Shown here piece after piece: positions 1 through 9,648 of a DNA stretch of 64,000 nucleotides. Positions within the stretch are counted from its first letter, which is position 1; every line of letters starts with the position of its first letter. Under the pieces are notes generated by a model, which saw only the letters and a list, made by a program, of their open reading frames with translations, searched no databases and was not told where the DNA came from. Source of the stretch: a virus; IMG/VR virus record IMGVR_UViG_3300026097_000980, positions 64,001 to 128,000 of that record. The stretch is one strand, 5' to 3'. Both the position numbers and the translations under genes were made by a program.

Positions 1-189
1 TTCGATTTGGGCATGGTTGATAAACACATCGTAGTCTTGCACTTTATCTAAAAATTCAGCATAATCGGAATCTACAGTAAGGTCAAGATTTTGACTCTTG
101 CTTACAAAATCAATATCGGAGTAGTATTCTGATAGACATCTAGCAATACCTCCGTGGCCGGGCCTACCAGTGCAGATTATTTTAGTCAT
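1..189 (-). CDS. short-chain dehydrogenase/reductase-like protein, N-terminal part (runs off window)
   Basis: Hand translation MTKIICTGRPGHGGIARCL...DYDVFINHAQ: TGxxxxGI Rossmann motif and DVFINxA SDR motif. Confidence 0.55.
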   Translation of the reverse strand, partial: MTKIICTGRPGHGGIARCLSEYYSDIDFVSKSQNLDLTVDSDYAEFLDKVQDYDVFINHAQIE

Positions 190-706
190 GCAGTGTTACC
201 TGTAAAGTATATCTAGGAATGTAACTAACATTAACACAGGCATGCACACATTCTGGATCACTCCATTCGTAGATATCTCCTGCCCGATAATTTGCGGCCA
301 TAAAATCATCGAACACAAACACATGCCCCGGGATGTAATCCTGTAAAAACATTGAGTATCTTACAGGATTATCCACATCTACGAGATGAGGGTCAATATG
401 CATGGTCTGCATCTGTCCGGGAAGCAGTTTAATAAACCACCAATGACAGTGTTTTCTAGTTTTAGGCAGTTCAGGAAGTGTCACTGGAAAATTTTTCATA
501 TCTTCTGACATTAAATTAAACTGTTGAAAATAAGGAGTTCGTGATTCGAAGAACGGTCTAGCCATTTCTCTGAAAGTGTCTAGGGTTGAGTGCCCTGTCC
601 AACGTTCGGGTTGCCATACAGGCACGGTATCTCCTGTGTGTTTTTCTAAATGAGTAATTATTTCTGGTGTTACCCATTCTTTTTCATTTTTAATAAAATC
701 AAACAT
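182..706 (-). CDS. 2OG-Fe(II)/cupin oxygenase-like (AspH-like)
   Basis: HxD...H triad (MHID...VHAC); paralogous to the adjacent ORF. Confidence 0.6.
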   Translation of the reverse strand: MFDFIKNEKEWVTPEIITHLEKHTGDTVPVWQPERWTGHSTLDTFREMARPFFESRTPYFQQFNLMSEDMKNFPVTLPELPKTRKHCHWWFIKLLPGQMQTMHIDPHLVDVDNPVRYSMFLQDYIPGHVFVFDDFMAANYRAGDIYEWSDPECVHACVNVSYIPRYTLQVTLHD

Positions 707-1221
707 TATTCATAAACCGCGAAGTTAAATGTGTATCTAGGAATCTCTAGATTTATGTTTAGCGCACTGTGTCTAGCATCTGGATTATACTCAAACAAGT
801 CACCTGCGGAATAGGTTTTTAACAATTCTCCTTCGACAATAAACATGTGTCCTTCGATGTGATCTTGTAATGGCATCCAGAATCGTCTCGCTTTTTTTAC
901 AGTATTTCCGTCTCGGGGAGCATGATCACTATGAAACGGAATAAAGCCTCCGGTGAACATTTTCACAAACCACCAATTAATGCGTCCGTTGATTTCTACT
1001 GGTGGCATCACTGTAAACGGAAAATTGTCCGGCTCGAAACTATGCCATAAAGCATCTTTGCCGAATCTTTTTATTTTTGTCAGTGTTGTTTGATTTTTAG
1101 AACCATATTCCTCGGGATCCGACCTTGGATGGCTGTACCCTTTGTTAGATTCTATATATTCAAGCCAGGCAGGGTCAATCCATGTAGCGTAATTTCCGAT
1201 AAGTTTCATTTTATTCAACAA
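706..1221 (-). CDS. 2OG-Fe(II)/cupin oxygenase-like (AspH-like)
   Basis: PFHSD...RHSALN...RYTF. Confidence 0.6.
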   Translation of the reverse strand: MLNKMKLIGNYATWIDPAWLEYIESNKGYSHPRSDPEEYGSKNQTTLTKIKRFGKDALWHSFEPDNFPFTVMPPVEINGRINWWFVKMFTGGFIPFHSDHAPRDGNTVKKARRFWMPLQDHIEGHMFIVEGELLKTYSAGDLFEYNPDARHSALNINLEIPRYTFNFAVYE

Positions 1222-1795
1222 AATAATCCTTAAAAATTATCAATGCTTCGTCCCAGTATATATAAGGTTCACAAGAATTGCTAGGTTTTAAGACAAAACA
1301 TAATGTCCACCTACCTAAAGTTTTGTTAGGGTTGTAGGTGCTATGCATTTGTCCGACATTCAATAACGAAGGTCTATTAGTGTTTGCTTCGTATACTAAT
1401 TCACACTCGTCCTCATCGCCGCGTAAACAATTATCTTGCCTAGATTCTATTTCATAGCCCTTATTTACTGTGTGGTTATCTACATTATCTCTCGGCGAAG
1501 GACAATGCCACCATCTAGTAACACCCTCATCTGCTCCCCAAGTTACATTAATTTTAACATGATTGTCGATTATCGATTCGTCACAATGTATGGGCAACGA
1601 CCCCATTGGAGGAGTATAAAAAGCTTCAATGTTTCCTATACCTATGCCAAAAGTTTCTAGCCATTTAACTACATCTTGATCACAATATCCTGGCATTTCT
1701 ATATGTTTTTCTTCGCTAGAATAAAAAGAATCTAAGTTAGTAGGCTTTTTAATTTCAAATGGCAAATTTAAATATCTATGAAAAGTGTTTTCCAT
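1211..1795 (-). CDS. 2OG-Fe(II)/cupin oxygenase-like
   Basis: PIHCD...NVGQMHSTYN...RWTL. Confidence 0.55.
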   Translation of the reverse strand: MENTFHRYLNLPFEIKKPTNLDSFYSSEEKHIEMPGYCDQDVVKWLETFGIGIGNIEAFYTPPMGSLPIHCDESIIDNHVKINVTWGADEGVTRWWHCPSPRDNVDNHTVNKGYEIESRQDNCLRGDEDECELVYEANTNRPSLLNVGQMHSTYNPNKTLGRWTLCFVLKPSNSCEPYIYWDEALIIFKDYFVE

Positions 1796-2610
1796 TAATA
1801 AGTCTCTAAATGATCTATTCCTAGTTTTTTACGAAACTCGTCGGTAAATCTTCCGTCGATGCGCAGACCATAACTTTGTTCCATAGTTCGTTCGCCACCG
1901 TGCCAATCTTGATCATTCCACCAGGCTGCTCTAGTGTTTAAGTAGATCTTGTTCTTTTCTTTCGGATCCCACAAATAAAAAGATTTTTTTGTGTTAGGAC
2001 GAATATGTATAAATTCATTTCGATGTGGGTATTCTACATTAACACCGTTTTTCGCGTCCAAGTCTCTATGTTCAAAAGGAATTCCGTCGTGTTCGCAATG
2101 AAAGAAAATAACACGACCTATATGTCCGAATATATTTTCTTGTTTAAGTTTTAAAACCCAATCTACTACACTAGGAAAAAAATGTGCTTCCTCTGTAAGT
2201 TGTCTCTCACCAGGGCGATCGTCCCAATCACCCTCTTCCCAGAGAAAGTAATAAATGTAAGGATCATACGCACCCATCGCCATCTTTAAGTAGCGTGTAA
2301 ATAAGTTACGCTGTTTGTAATCCTTAAAGTCAGACGGCCATAATTTCATACCTTCGGACTTAACAGGATCATGATCCGGAAGTTTCATAAAGTCATTCAT
2401 TGCTTGATAGATAGGAGTCCAGTTAATTTTATAGCTCATATCGTCGAATGTAAAACCAGGCTCCATCCAAGTACCTTCTTTAGCAAACTCACGTGCTAAA
2501 GCAAACCCTTTATATATTTCTGGTTGCAATTTATCAAACCCATCCATGTCAAGATATGGTTCTATATTAAAATAAGGTTGACTGTTAATTCCTCTTATCA
2601 TGGTTTCCAA
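1795..2610 (-). CDS. cupin/2OG-Fe(II) oxygenase-like protein
   Basis: FEHRD...DWHGG...YGLRIDG; double-stranded beta-helix-type pattern. Confidence 0.45.
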   Translation of the reverse strand: METMIRGINSQPYFNIEPYLDMDGFDKLQPEIYKGFALAREFAKEGTWMEPGFTFDDMSYKINWTPIYQAMNDFMKLPDHDPVKSEGMKLWPSDFKDYKQRNLFTRYLKMAMGAYDPYIYYFLWEEGDWDDRPGERQLTEEAHFFPSVVDWVLKLKQENIFGHIGRVIFFHCEHDGIPFEHRDLDAKNGVNVEYPHRNEFIHIRPNTKKSFYLWDPKEKNKIYLNTRAAWWNDQDWHGGERTMEQSYGLRIDGRFTDEFRKKLGIDHLETY

Positions 2611-4082
2611 TCTAATTTTTTTCTTTTGTATTCGCTTACATGATTATTTATGAATGGAGATTTGTCATTATATTTTTCCAAACGAATTATTTCTTTAATG
2701 TCATTTGTTTGATACTGAACTAATCCTGTAGGTGCACTAAAACCTGTGGTTATAAAATACTTTGGATAGACAGTTTCATAAAAATTGTCTAAAATTTCTA
2801 TTGCTTGGAGCTGATCCATGCCATCGTGCTCCCAGATACTCATAGATTCTAGCGACGGGAAGTAAGTTGTTAACACATGGTCTGAAACTTTTTTTGATTT
2901 TTTAATCATTTTTCTGCGTCTAAGTCCGTACTTTTCTAAATTTTTAGAAAATGCACTAAGATTTGTCATCGGAGAGTTATATTCTGGGACTTCTAAATAC
3001 CAACTTGTAACACTCTGTCCTTTCCAATTGCTCTTACACCAATTTATTCCATCTGCAAAGGTTTCTGGTGTTTCCTTAGGAAGCCCGCATATTAAACTAA
3101 TAGTTCCCCTGTATATATTATGAGGTTCGAAGTAGTTTCTTGCATCTATTAGTCCTTGTTTAAGTTTGTCAGGTTGCATTCCCTTGCCAATAATTTTTCC
3201 TGCATTATGATTAAAGGTTTCAATTCCATAAAAATGTCCACCTAACCCTAACGATAACATGTCTCCCCACAAATCTCTTTGGTTTACCAATAAATCCCCT
3301 CTCATAAAAGCCATGAACCATGGATCAAAATCTAGATCATTGACCGCTTCTGCATACTTTATTATCTTTTCTCTTCTGTCGTTAAATGTCTCGTCTGCAA
3401 TCGTATAATTCTTAACTCCATATTCGTTATAATTAAAAAGCAATTCCTCTTTAAAGTCATTAGCAGTTCTCGAAACATCGTCCTTTACTCCCAGTATAGG
3501 AAAATTACAAAAATCGCATTTAAACCTACATCCTCTAGATGTTTCTATTGTTAACATTTCATAAGACTCTATGAAGTCTCTTTTCTGATAATTTACACGA
3601 TAGGACGGCATATTCCATGCAGGAAAGTCACGTAACGCCTTTATAATTTTCTTCCCATTAGAATCTTCTAATTGAAATCTGCCATCAATTATGGTGTTTC
3701 CTGTGATATATTTTAACAATTCTAAAACAGCATATTCGCCAAAACTATCTATCCAGTAATCTATATTTTCAGCCGGCGTGAGCAAACAACCTTGACCTCC
3801 TATCATTGTAGCAATTCCAGGATAGGTTTTTTTAAGCCATGCAGTAAATTTATTTGCAGAGGAAGTCCAGTAGCTAATAAAAGAACTAAACCCAAAAAAC
3901 TTAGTATTAGGTCCTACTCGACTCTTTACAAGTTCTTGTAATTCTTCTTGTGTCCACTCGCTACAAAAATCTATAACTTCAACATCCCAATCATACGATC
4001 TTAAAAAGGTGGCAATTCGATGGGCTCCGTTACCCCGTTCGATACGTTCTTTTCTGTAACTAAAGATTAGTCCGTGATACAC
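2598..4082 (-). CDS. cobalamin-binding (class B-type) radical SAM protein
   Basis: ETSRGCRFKCDFC (CxxxCxxC), IADETF, GIET, LICGLPKET; N-terminal B12-binding-like domain. Confidence 0.8.
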   Translation of the reverse strand: MYHGLIFSYRKERIERGNGAHRIATFLRSYDWDVEVIDFCSEWTQEELQELVKSRVGPNTKFFGFSSFISYWTSSANKFTAWLKKTYPGIATMIGGQGCLLTPAENIDYWIDSFGEYAVLELLKYITGNTIIDGRFQLEDSNGKKIIKALRDFPAWNMPSYRVNYQKRDFIESYEMLTIETSRGCRFKCDFCNFPILGVKDDVSRTANDFKEELLFNYNEYGVKNYTIADETFNDRREKIIKYAEAVNDLDFDPWFMAFMRGDLLVNQRDLWGDMLSLGLGGHFYGIETFNHNAGKIIGKGMQPDKLKQGLIDARNYFEPHNIYRGTISLICGLPKETPETFADGINWCKSNWKGQSVTSWYLEVPEYNSPMTNLSAFSKNLEKYGLRRRKMIKKSKKVSDHVLTTYFPSLESMSIWEHDGMDQLQAIEILDNFYETVYPKYFITTGFSAPTGLVQYQTNDIKEIIRLEKYNDKSPFINNHVSEYKRKKLDWKP

Positions 4083-5143
4083 TACATCATCCTGTATTTT
4101 TCAGGAACAATATCTAATAACGGCATTGCTTTATTTACAAGTCTGTCTCTTAGCAATACTTGATGGACAAGGGGAGAAGTAGGGTATCCTGGAAGCATGT
4201 CCGCCCAAGATTCGGTTTGCGTTTCGTTAAGGTCAATAGTTCTAAGATCGGGCCACTGAATTAATTTTACCATTACTCCATTTATTTCTACAGGATAGTG
4301 TGCTCGGATTCCTTTGTCGGGCCTTGGAACAAAAGACCATCCCATATTGTTAGATATCTGTTCCGACCGACTAACTAATTCACTCATAAACATTTTTTCG
4401 TGATCAGGACATCGACCTATATCTGTGCCTACCCGAATTCTATACATATCACAGTAGCCTTTATCTGAGTTAAACTGCTGTATTTCTTGTAGACAGTATT
4501 CTAATTGATCAAAACTTTCTAGTGTATAACTAATATTTTTAATCGGTAATCCGTGTATCAAGCAGTTTTCTAAACCCGCTATTTGTTTTTCTCTTACCTT
4601 CGGGCCTTGATAATCCGGATGATTAAGTCCAAATGTGAAATACACATTATCAAATTTGTCGAATTGACTAATGTAATCGATCTTAGAGAGGCGCACTCCG
4701 TTAGTGAGTATTATTATATGACGGTTACTGATGAAATTAATTCTTTGAATCAACTCGGGCAAATCATCTCGCACTGTAGGTTCTGCACCCATGAGCACTA
4801 CAGCATGTTGGCGAGGCATGACGTTGACTTGATCTAGTATCTGTTCAATGCTAGGATCGGAACTGTAATTGTCTGGCAATTGGTAACAATGCGGGCATGC
4901 TAAATTACAGCGATTTGTAATATCTAAACATACCGCATTATAAAATTTCTGTAAATCTCTTTTGGGATAATTATAATTTAGGTAAAAATCAGCATCTTTT
5001 TCTACAAGAAAAGTTTCAGTTCCGTGATCAGGACAAGTTTTTCTGATCCATACAGCATTATTCTCTACAAAAATTTTTGCAGGAATGTGTTTATAGCAAT
5101 GGGTGCAAAGAGATAATGTTTCAGAGTTTGTCATAATAAGCAT
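4082..5143 (-). CDS. radical SAM protein with MJ0619/Tes-type N-terminal metal ribbon
   Basis: TLSLCTHC...RKTCPDHG N-terminus; CNLACPHC; GAEPT; TNG. Confidence 0.8.
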   Translation of the reverse strand: MLIMTNSETLSLCTHCYKHIPAKIFVENNAVWIRKTCPDHGTETFLVEKDADFYLNYNYPKRDLQKFYNAVCLDITNRCNLACPHCYQLPDNYSSDPSIEQILDQVNVMPRQHAVVLMGAEPTVRDDLPELIQRINFISNRHIIILTNGVRLSKIDYISQFDKFDNVYFTFGLNHPDYQGPKVREKQIAGLENCLIHGLPIKNISYTLESFDQLEYCLQEIQQFNSDKGYCDMYRIRVGTDIGRCPDHEKMFMSELVSRSEQISNNMGWSFVPRPDKGIRAHYPVEINGVMVKLIQWPDLRTIDLNETQTESWADMLPGYPTSPLVHQVLLRDRLVNKAMPLLDIVPEKYRMM

Positions 5144-5170
5144 ATTTATTGGTAAGTATTTTGCTAAGGA

Positions 5171-5860
5171 TTGTTTATGACATACGAATATTACTATAAC
5201 GATGTTCCCGGTATGGGATTAACTCGTAATAATCTTATCTATACAAGTTTAATAAACAAAGAAAAAACTATGTTTGTTCAATGGTATTATAATGATACAG
5301 GATATCATTTCGGCCAGAACGAAGTTGTAGATCCTGCAAAAATGAATGAAAAATGGGAACGTGAAGTAAAATATCTAAAGCTAATGACGGATCACTTTCC
5401 TCAGCATGTCCCAAAAATATATAGGATCGACTATGCAGAAAAGAAAATTTTTCTACAAGTAGACGGTACTGATTTTTGGAATCAAGCGGCTTGCGATCAA
5501 AAAAACTATAACGCAGTATTACCAAACTGGCAAGAGCAAATGCTTGAAATTATACAAGCACATAAAAGTCTAGGTTTGCACAAATATTCTATGCATCCCT
5601 CGAGCTATTTTATTGTTAACGGAAAATTAAAAAGCATCAACTATTTCTTTACCTATCACAAAGATGAAGACATAATAAGTATTAAAGAAGTAGAAAGCCA
5701 TATTCACAGTAATCGCCAGGCGGAAATGAAAAAACATCTAGCAACACTTGGTATAGAATGGAACAAGCCGCAACCTTGGACGGTTATGGACAAACTGTGT
5801 TGGAACAGTTTCAGAACAAACTATCCCGAAGACTTTATTGAAAGGGCACTCGATGTATAA
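5171..5860 (+). CDS. protein-kinase-like fold protein, probably a pseudokinase
   Basis: EREVKYL...VPKIY...HKSLGLHKYSMHPSSYFIVNGKLKSINYF follows kinase subdomain order, but HxD/N/DFG are replaced. Confidence 0.45.
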   Translation: MFMTYEYYYNDVPGMGLTRNNLIYTSLINKEKTMFVQWYYNDTGYHFGQNEVVDPAKMNEKWEREVKYLKLMTDHFPQHVPKIYRIDYAEKKIFLQVDGTDFWNQAACDQKNYNAVLPNWQEQMLEIIQAHKSLGLHKYSMHPSSYFIVNGKLKSINYFFTYHKDEDIISIKEVESHIHSNRQAEMKKHLATLGIEWNKPQPWTVMDKLCWNSFRTNYPEDFIERALDV

Positions 5861-6404
5861 AATTGTCACATATTCCGACGAACTAGATTTGCGAGAATTT
5901 TATGCAGAAGCCGAAAAGAAGGGTTTTGTGAATAACTCCACAAAACACATGCTAATAGATTGTTTTCGCAACGAACGAGAAAGTCAGACTTGGATTCTCT
6001 ATTATAACAATCGAGCAGTAGGTAGTGTTGCCGCACACTCATTCGACGAAATGGGGAAGAACTCATATCGCATTGCCGCACGGACTTGTGTATTTACAGA
6101 TGCAATACCTACACCTACCCTTAGAACACGAAATCAAATAGTAACACAACAACATGCTACTGGACAATTTTTAATTCCTGCATGTATCGAATGGGCGGGC
6201 AGAGAAAATAATTTATACATCACCTCAAACAATCTAGAAGGCGGAAGCCAACGGTTGGTACATAATGTTTATTTTCCCGCTATGGTTAAAACAGGGCAGG
6301 CCGAAGAAATATGCGAAATGGAGTATAGGGGAACCTGGCAAAGTGTTTGGCGCTTAAATGTAGATAGATTTTACGAAGAATTAAACAAATATCCTAGATG
6401 GTGA
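5838..6404 (+). CDS. GNAT-like acyltransferase
   Basis: WILYYNNRAVGSVAAH...YRIAARTCV pattern; size. Confidence 0.45.
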   Translation: MKGHSMYKIVTYSDELDLREFYAEAEKKGFVNNSTKHMLIDCFRNERESQTWILYYNNRAVGSVAAHSFDEMGKNSYRIAARTCVFTDAIPTPTLRTRNQIVTQQHATGQFLIPACIEWAGRENNLYITSNNLEGGSQRLVHNVYFPAMVKTGQAEEICEMEYRGTWQSVWRLNVDRFYEELNKYPRW

Positions 6405-6987
6405 TATTTAAATTATAGATATTGTCAAATTCTTCAGTGTTACATATAATAATAACATGAACTCTGGTATTATGGCCGCAGTTTACTGTACCATGCATTT
6501 GTTTAACATCAAGAATATATGCACTACCGGGATACATATGATCAAATCCGTCTTCAGTTGACCACCATTGTGTTTCGTCAGAATAAATCGGAATATGTAT
6601 CTTTATCTTATCTTTTTGATCAGTGTGCGGTGTTACAATTGTGCCAGGTGGTGCTACGGCTACTATACTTCTATGGGCGGTATAAAAAGAATCGATTGCT
6701 TTTGCCGCCCAGTCTACACAACACCCAGTTTTTTTGTACAGTGTATAATCGTCAATTTCATTATTTTCAAACGCATGATACTCTCTGTTAATATCTTCGT
6801 ATATAGTTTGCAATCCCCAGCCGTAAGCCTTATCGTCCGCCCAAGGATTTTCGCAAGCGCATCCGCCTAGTCCAACCCATTTTTGATCTTGAAAATCAGT
6901 AACCAACCGATCATACCATGCACGAGCTGAATCTATATCTATTTTTAAATTAGGAATTTCTGTAATAACTTTTCTTTTTTCTTGCAT
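6394..6987 (-). CDS. aspartyl/asparaginyl beta-hydroxylase-like oxygenase
   Basis: PPGTIVTPHTD...IHIPI...HGTVNCG..TRVH. Confidence 0.75.
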   Translation of the reverse strand: MQEKRKVITEIPNLKIDIDSARAWYDRLVTDFQDQKWVGLGGCACENPWADDKAYGWGLQTIYEDINREYHAFENNEIDDYTLYKKTGCCVDWAAKAIDSFYTAHRSIVAVAPPGTIVTPHTDQKDKIKIHIPIYSDETQWWSTEDGFDHMYPGSAYILDVKQMHGTVNCGHNTRVHVIIICNTEEFDNIYNLNITI

Positions 6988-6988
6988 A

Positions 6989-7558
6989 TTAGTGTAAATC
7001 TATCCAGGATCCGTTAGCATAACCTTGGAACTTATCTATATCTTCGTTATAGATGATCATTCCGTTTTTAGGCTCAATTTTATTTATAGTTTCGTTGTTT
7101 TGTTTTACACACTGAAATATTTTAGATTGTAGAGCACCGTCTTTGTTAAACCGCCAGACTCGGTAATCATTAGCATATTCGCCTTCTCCGTCGCCGGCAT
7201 TGACAAGGATATTCAGATTACTTGCCGGTGCCGGATGATTTATGTTTGCAGATTCATCTACTTGCGGAACTAACGTTGCTATACTTTTAGCAATATCTCC
7301 ATCATCTTGTTCAAAAAAAGTAGTGAAGCTCATATTCATTCCGTAATCGCCCGGGCGAAGAACTTTAGGATCTTCTGTAGAACCTCTTACTGTGTGTATA
7401 TCTAATTTTGGTTTACTGCCACCGTTGTAAACACCTGTAAATCTTGCAACAACATTGCCGTTGGTTTGTATCTTTATTGCACCTTTCTTATCTACAATAA
7501 CTCTATGTCCAACATCATCAAATGATGATATTAAAATATTTTCTCCATTATCCTTCAT
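6989..7558 (-). CDS. stand-alone paralogue of the C-terminal domain of the 9640-10977 fibre
   Basis: Shared blocks DIxKSxAxL, APASNL, AGDGEG..ANDY, GMxIxN.D..KxQGY, WIxLH. Confidence 0.75.
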   Translation of the reverse strand: MKDNGENILISSFDDVGHRVIVDKKGAIKIQTNGNVVARFTGVYNGGSKPKLDIHTVRGSTEDPKVLRPGDYGMNMSFTTFFEQDDGDIAKSIATLVPQVDESANINHPAPASNLNILVNAGDGEGEYANDYRVWRFNKDGALQSKIFQCVKQNNETINKIEPKNGMIIYNEDIDKFQGYANGSWIDLH

Positions 7559-8208
7559 GTTAGCACCTCAGAGTTATGATAAGAGCCGGAAATATTTTGA
7601 TTCTCACATGCGGCATTTAATTTTTCCTTCCATTCGTTAGTTGAATCGAATCGGTGAATTATTAAATGATAACGATCCTCGTTGCTATTGTTATAAACAG
7701 AATGTGGATAATGTATGTTCATGACATAGGTATTTCCAGGCTTCATATACAAAGATTCGCCGTCTCCCCACTTCCAAAGACATGTTTCGGGATTGCTTAA
7801 ACTAATATTTGTATTATCAAGCAATGGAACACTCGAATCAGTATGTTCGGAAATATAGCCTCCTGCTTCTAAAAGCATAAATCTAACTCTTCCTAGTAAG
7901 TTACTAGGAAAATAATTTTTAACAAAATCAACAGTTTTAGGACAATATTTAGATAATTCAGTCCAGTGCATATCATTTATTACTTCGTCAATACTGTTAT
8001 AACCATAGTCTTTCCAATGACCCGACTGCTGGTGCCGCCACCCGTGAAGAACTAAACTTCGCCATCCTTTATGATCATAACTTCCCGGACGGTGCGTCAC
8101 GAAATGTGTTTTCAATGCTTTTGCTTCTTCTAACATGCTAATGTGGTCTACATCGATATCTAGAATAACATGTTTTGCATTTGAAACAAAATAATCTTTA
8201 CTAATCAT
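7555..8208 (-). CDS. aspartyl/asparaginyl beta-hydroxylase-like oxygenase
   Basis: GRVRFMLLEAGGYISEHTD...HSVYNNSNEDRYHLIIH. Confidence 0.8.
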   Translation of the reverse strand: MISKDYFVSNAKHVILDIDVDHISMLEEAKALKTHFVTHRPGSYDHKGWRSLVLHGWRHQQSGHWKDYGYNSIDEVINDMHWTELSKYCPKTVDFVKNYFPSNLLGRVRFMLLEAGGYISEHTDSSVPLLDNTNISLSNPETCLWKWGDGESLYMKPGNTYVMNIHYPHSVYNNSNEDRYHLIIHRFDSTNEWKEKLNAACENQNISGSYHNSEVLT

Positions 8209-8247
8209 TATGCCTTATCCTTGAACTATATTTAATTAAATAAATTC

Positions 8248-9648
8248 ATGCTACAAAAAATACCAACCTCTCAACTAAAAAAACCTATTCTAATTTGTAT
8301 ACATGATATTTTAGACACCTGTTCATCTGATTGGTCGAAAGAGATTGCAAAAAATTTATCAGATTATATGATAAATCGATTTCTAAATAACGGCTATGAT
8401 GTGTGTATAGGAACAGACGAAAACGAGTTATTAGCACAACCAACCGATCAGTATACTCATGCAGTAGTCATTGCTTCGGGAACAAGTCCTAAGCTGTCTG
8501 ACAGAATAATTTATGCTATCGAAGACAAATGCAAAGAAGACTTTTATATCGCAGGACATGTTTTAGACAGAAAAGAAAAATATTTTGAATTACATCATCA
8601 GTTTTATATTATCAACTTGTCGACACACAAGGATCTTGGGTTTCCTTCTTTGGGTGAAGAATCGGAAGTAGAACATGTAAGAATTCAACCTATTTCGAAT
8701 AGTGAAGATGAATATATATCGCAAGAATTATGTTTGGGAGATTCAAACACCTTATATAAAGGAACCATGCATGGTTGGAATATTTTAAACACTGCTCTTA
8801 TAAACAATAAAAAAGTAATAGACCTCGGTAGTGATATTAGAAATAACAAACGATATTTTTATTATGAATACGATCATGTATTTTTGAGAGAATCTACCGA
8901 ACTGTTTTACAATCAATTTCTTTTTAATAACATAGTAGTTCCGTTTAACAGTGACGAATTGAGAAACAATATAGATAAAGACGGTCCTATAGAACAATAT
9001 ATTACGTTAGGCACCGGAATTAACTGGGTAGAAAATTTACATCTAATCGGTTTCAGTGAAAGAACAGAAGTGTTTTTTACCGACATAAATCCATTAGTGT
9101 TACAGTTTATGCAACGAATGGTCAACGACTGGGACGGAAAAGATTATGTTGATTTTTATCTCGAACAAGATTTTTTACTGCCAAATCACATCACTTATGA
9201 TTACGATAATTTTATTGCACAAGCAAGGACCCAATGGAACAATTTCCTCAATAAAGTGGATAACTGGCAAGAAAAATGGAACGCTGTAAAAAAATTAAAG
9301 TTTCATTTTATCTCGATAGATTATATGAGTGATTACAATCTAGACTGGTTCGAAAATGATAAAAACACTGTTTTTAACGCAAGCGATATGTTCGATCACA
9401 TACCAGGAGTGTTCCAGCAAAGTATGAAGTATAGAATAGCGGCTGAAAATCGATTCCTAAACAAATTAAAGGAAAAAGACTCGAATATTTTCTTGTTATG
9501 GAGCAGTCGATCAGCAGGTGCATTTATACCTAAGACATGTCGTTCGTCTTCTGGTGTAGTTTCTAAGATAGATTTGATTGATATAAACGAACTAATTCGT
9601 CCTTATTGGCATAAGGACGATTGGAATGTTCTTAGACCTTTAGTGTAA
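8248..9648 (+). CDS. hypothetical protein, possible C-terminal SAM-binding fold
   Basis: 466-aa ORF; TLGTG...VFFTDINP...FNASDMFD loosely resemble class I methyltransferase motifs. Confidence 0.4.
   Translation: MLQKIPTSQLKKPILICIHDILDTCSSDWSKEIAKNLSDYMINRFLNNGYDVCIGTDENELLAQPTDQYTHAVVIASGTSPKLSDRIIYAIEDKCKEDFYIAGHVLDRKEKYFELHHQFYIINLSTHKDLGFPSLGEESEVEHVRIQPISNSEDEYISQELCLGDSNTLYKGTMHGWNILNTALINNKKVIDLGSDIRNNKRYFYYEYDHVFLRESTELFYNQFLFNNIVVPFNSDELRNNIDKDGPIEQYITLGTGINWVENLHLIGFSERTEVFFTDINPLVLQFMQRMVNDWDGKDYVDFYLEQDFLLPNHITYDYDNFIAQARTQWNNFLNKVDNWQEKWNAVKKLKFHFISIDYMSDYNLDWFENDKNTVFNASDMFDHIPGVFQQSMKYRIAAENRFLNKLKEKDSNIFLLWSSRSAGAFIPKTCRSSSGVVSKIDLIDINELIRPYWHKDDWNVLRPLV

Noticed and set aside
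4082-5143. Calling it a true tetraether lipid synthase
   Set aside because: Too short, with no evident C-terminal auxiliary cluster ligands; only the N-terminal architecture matches.
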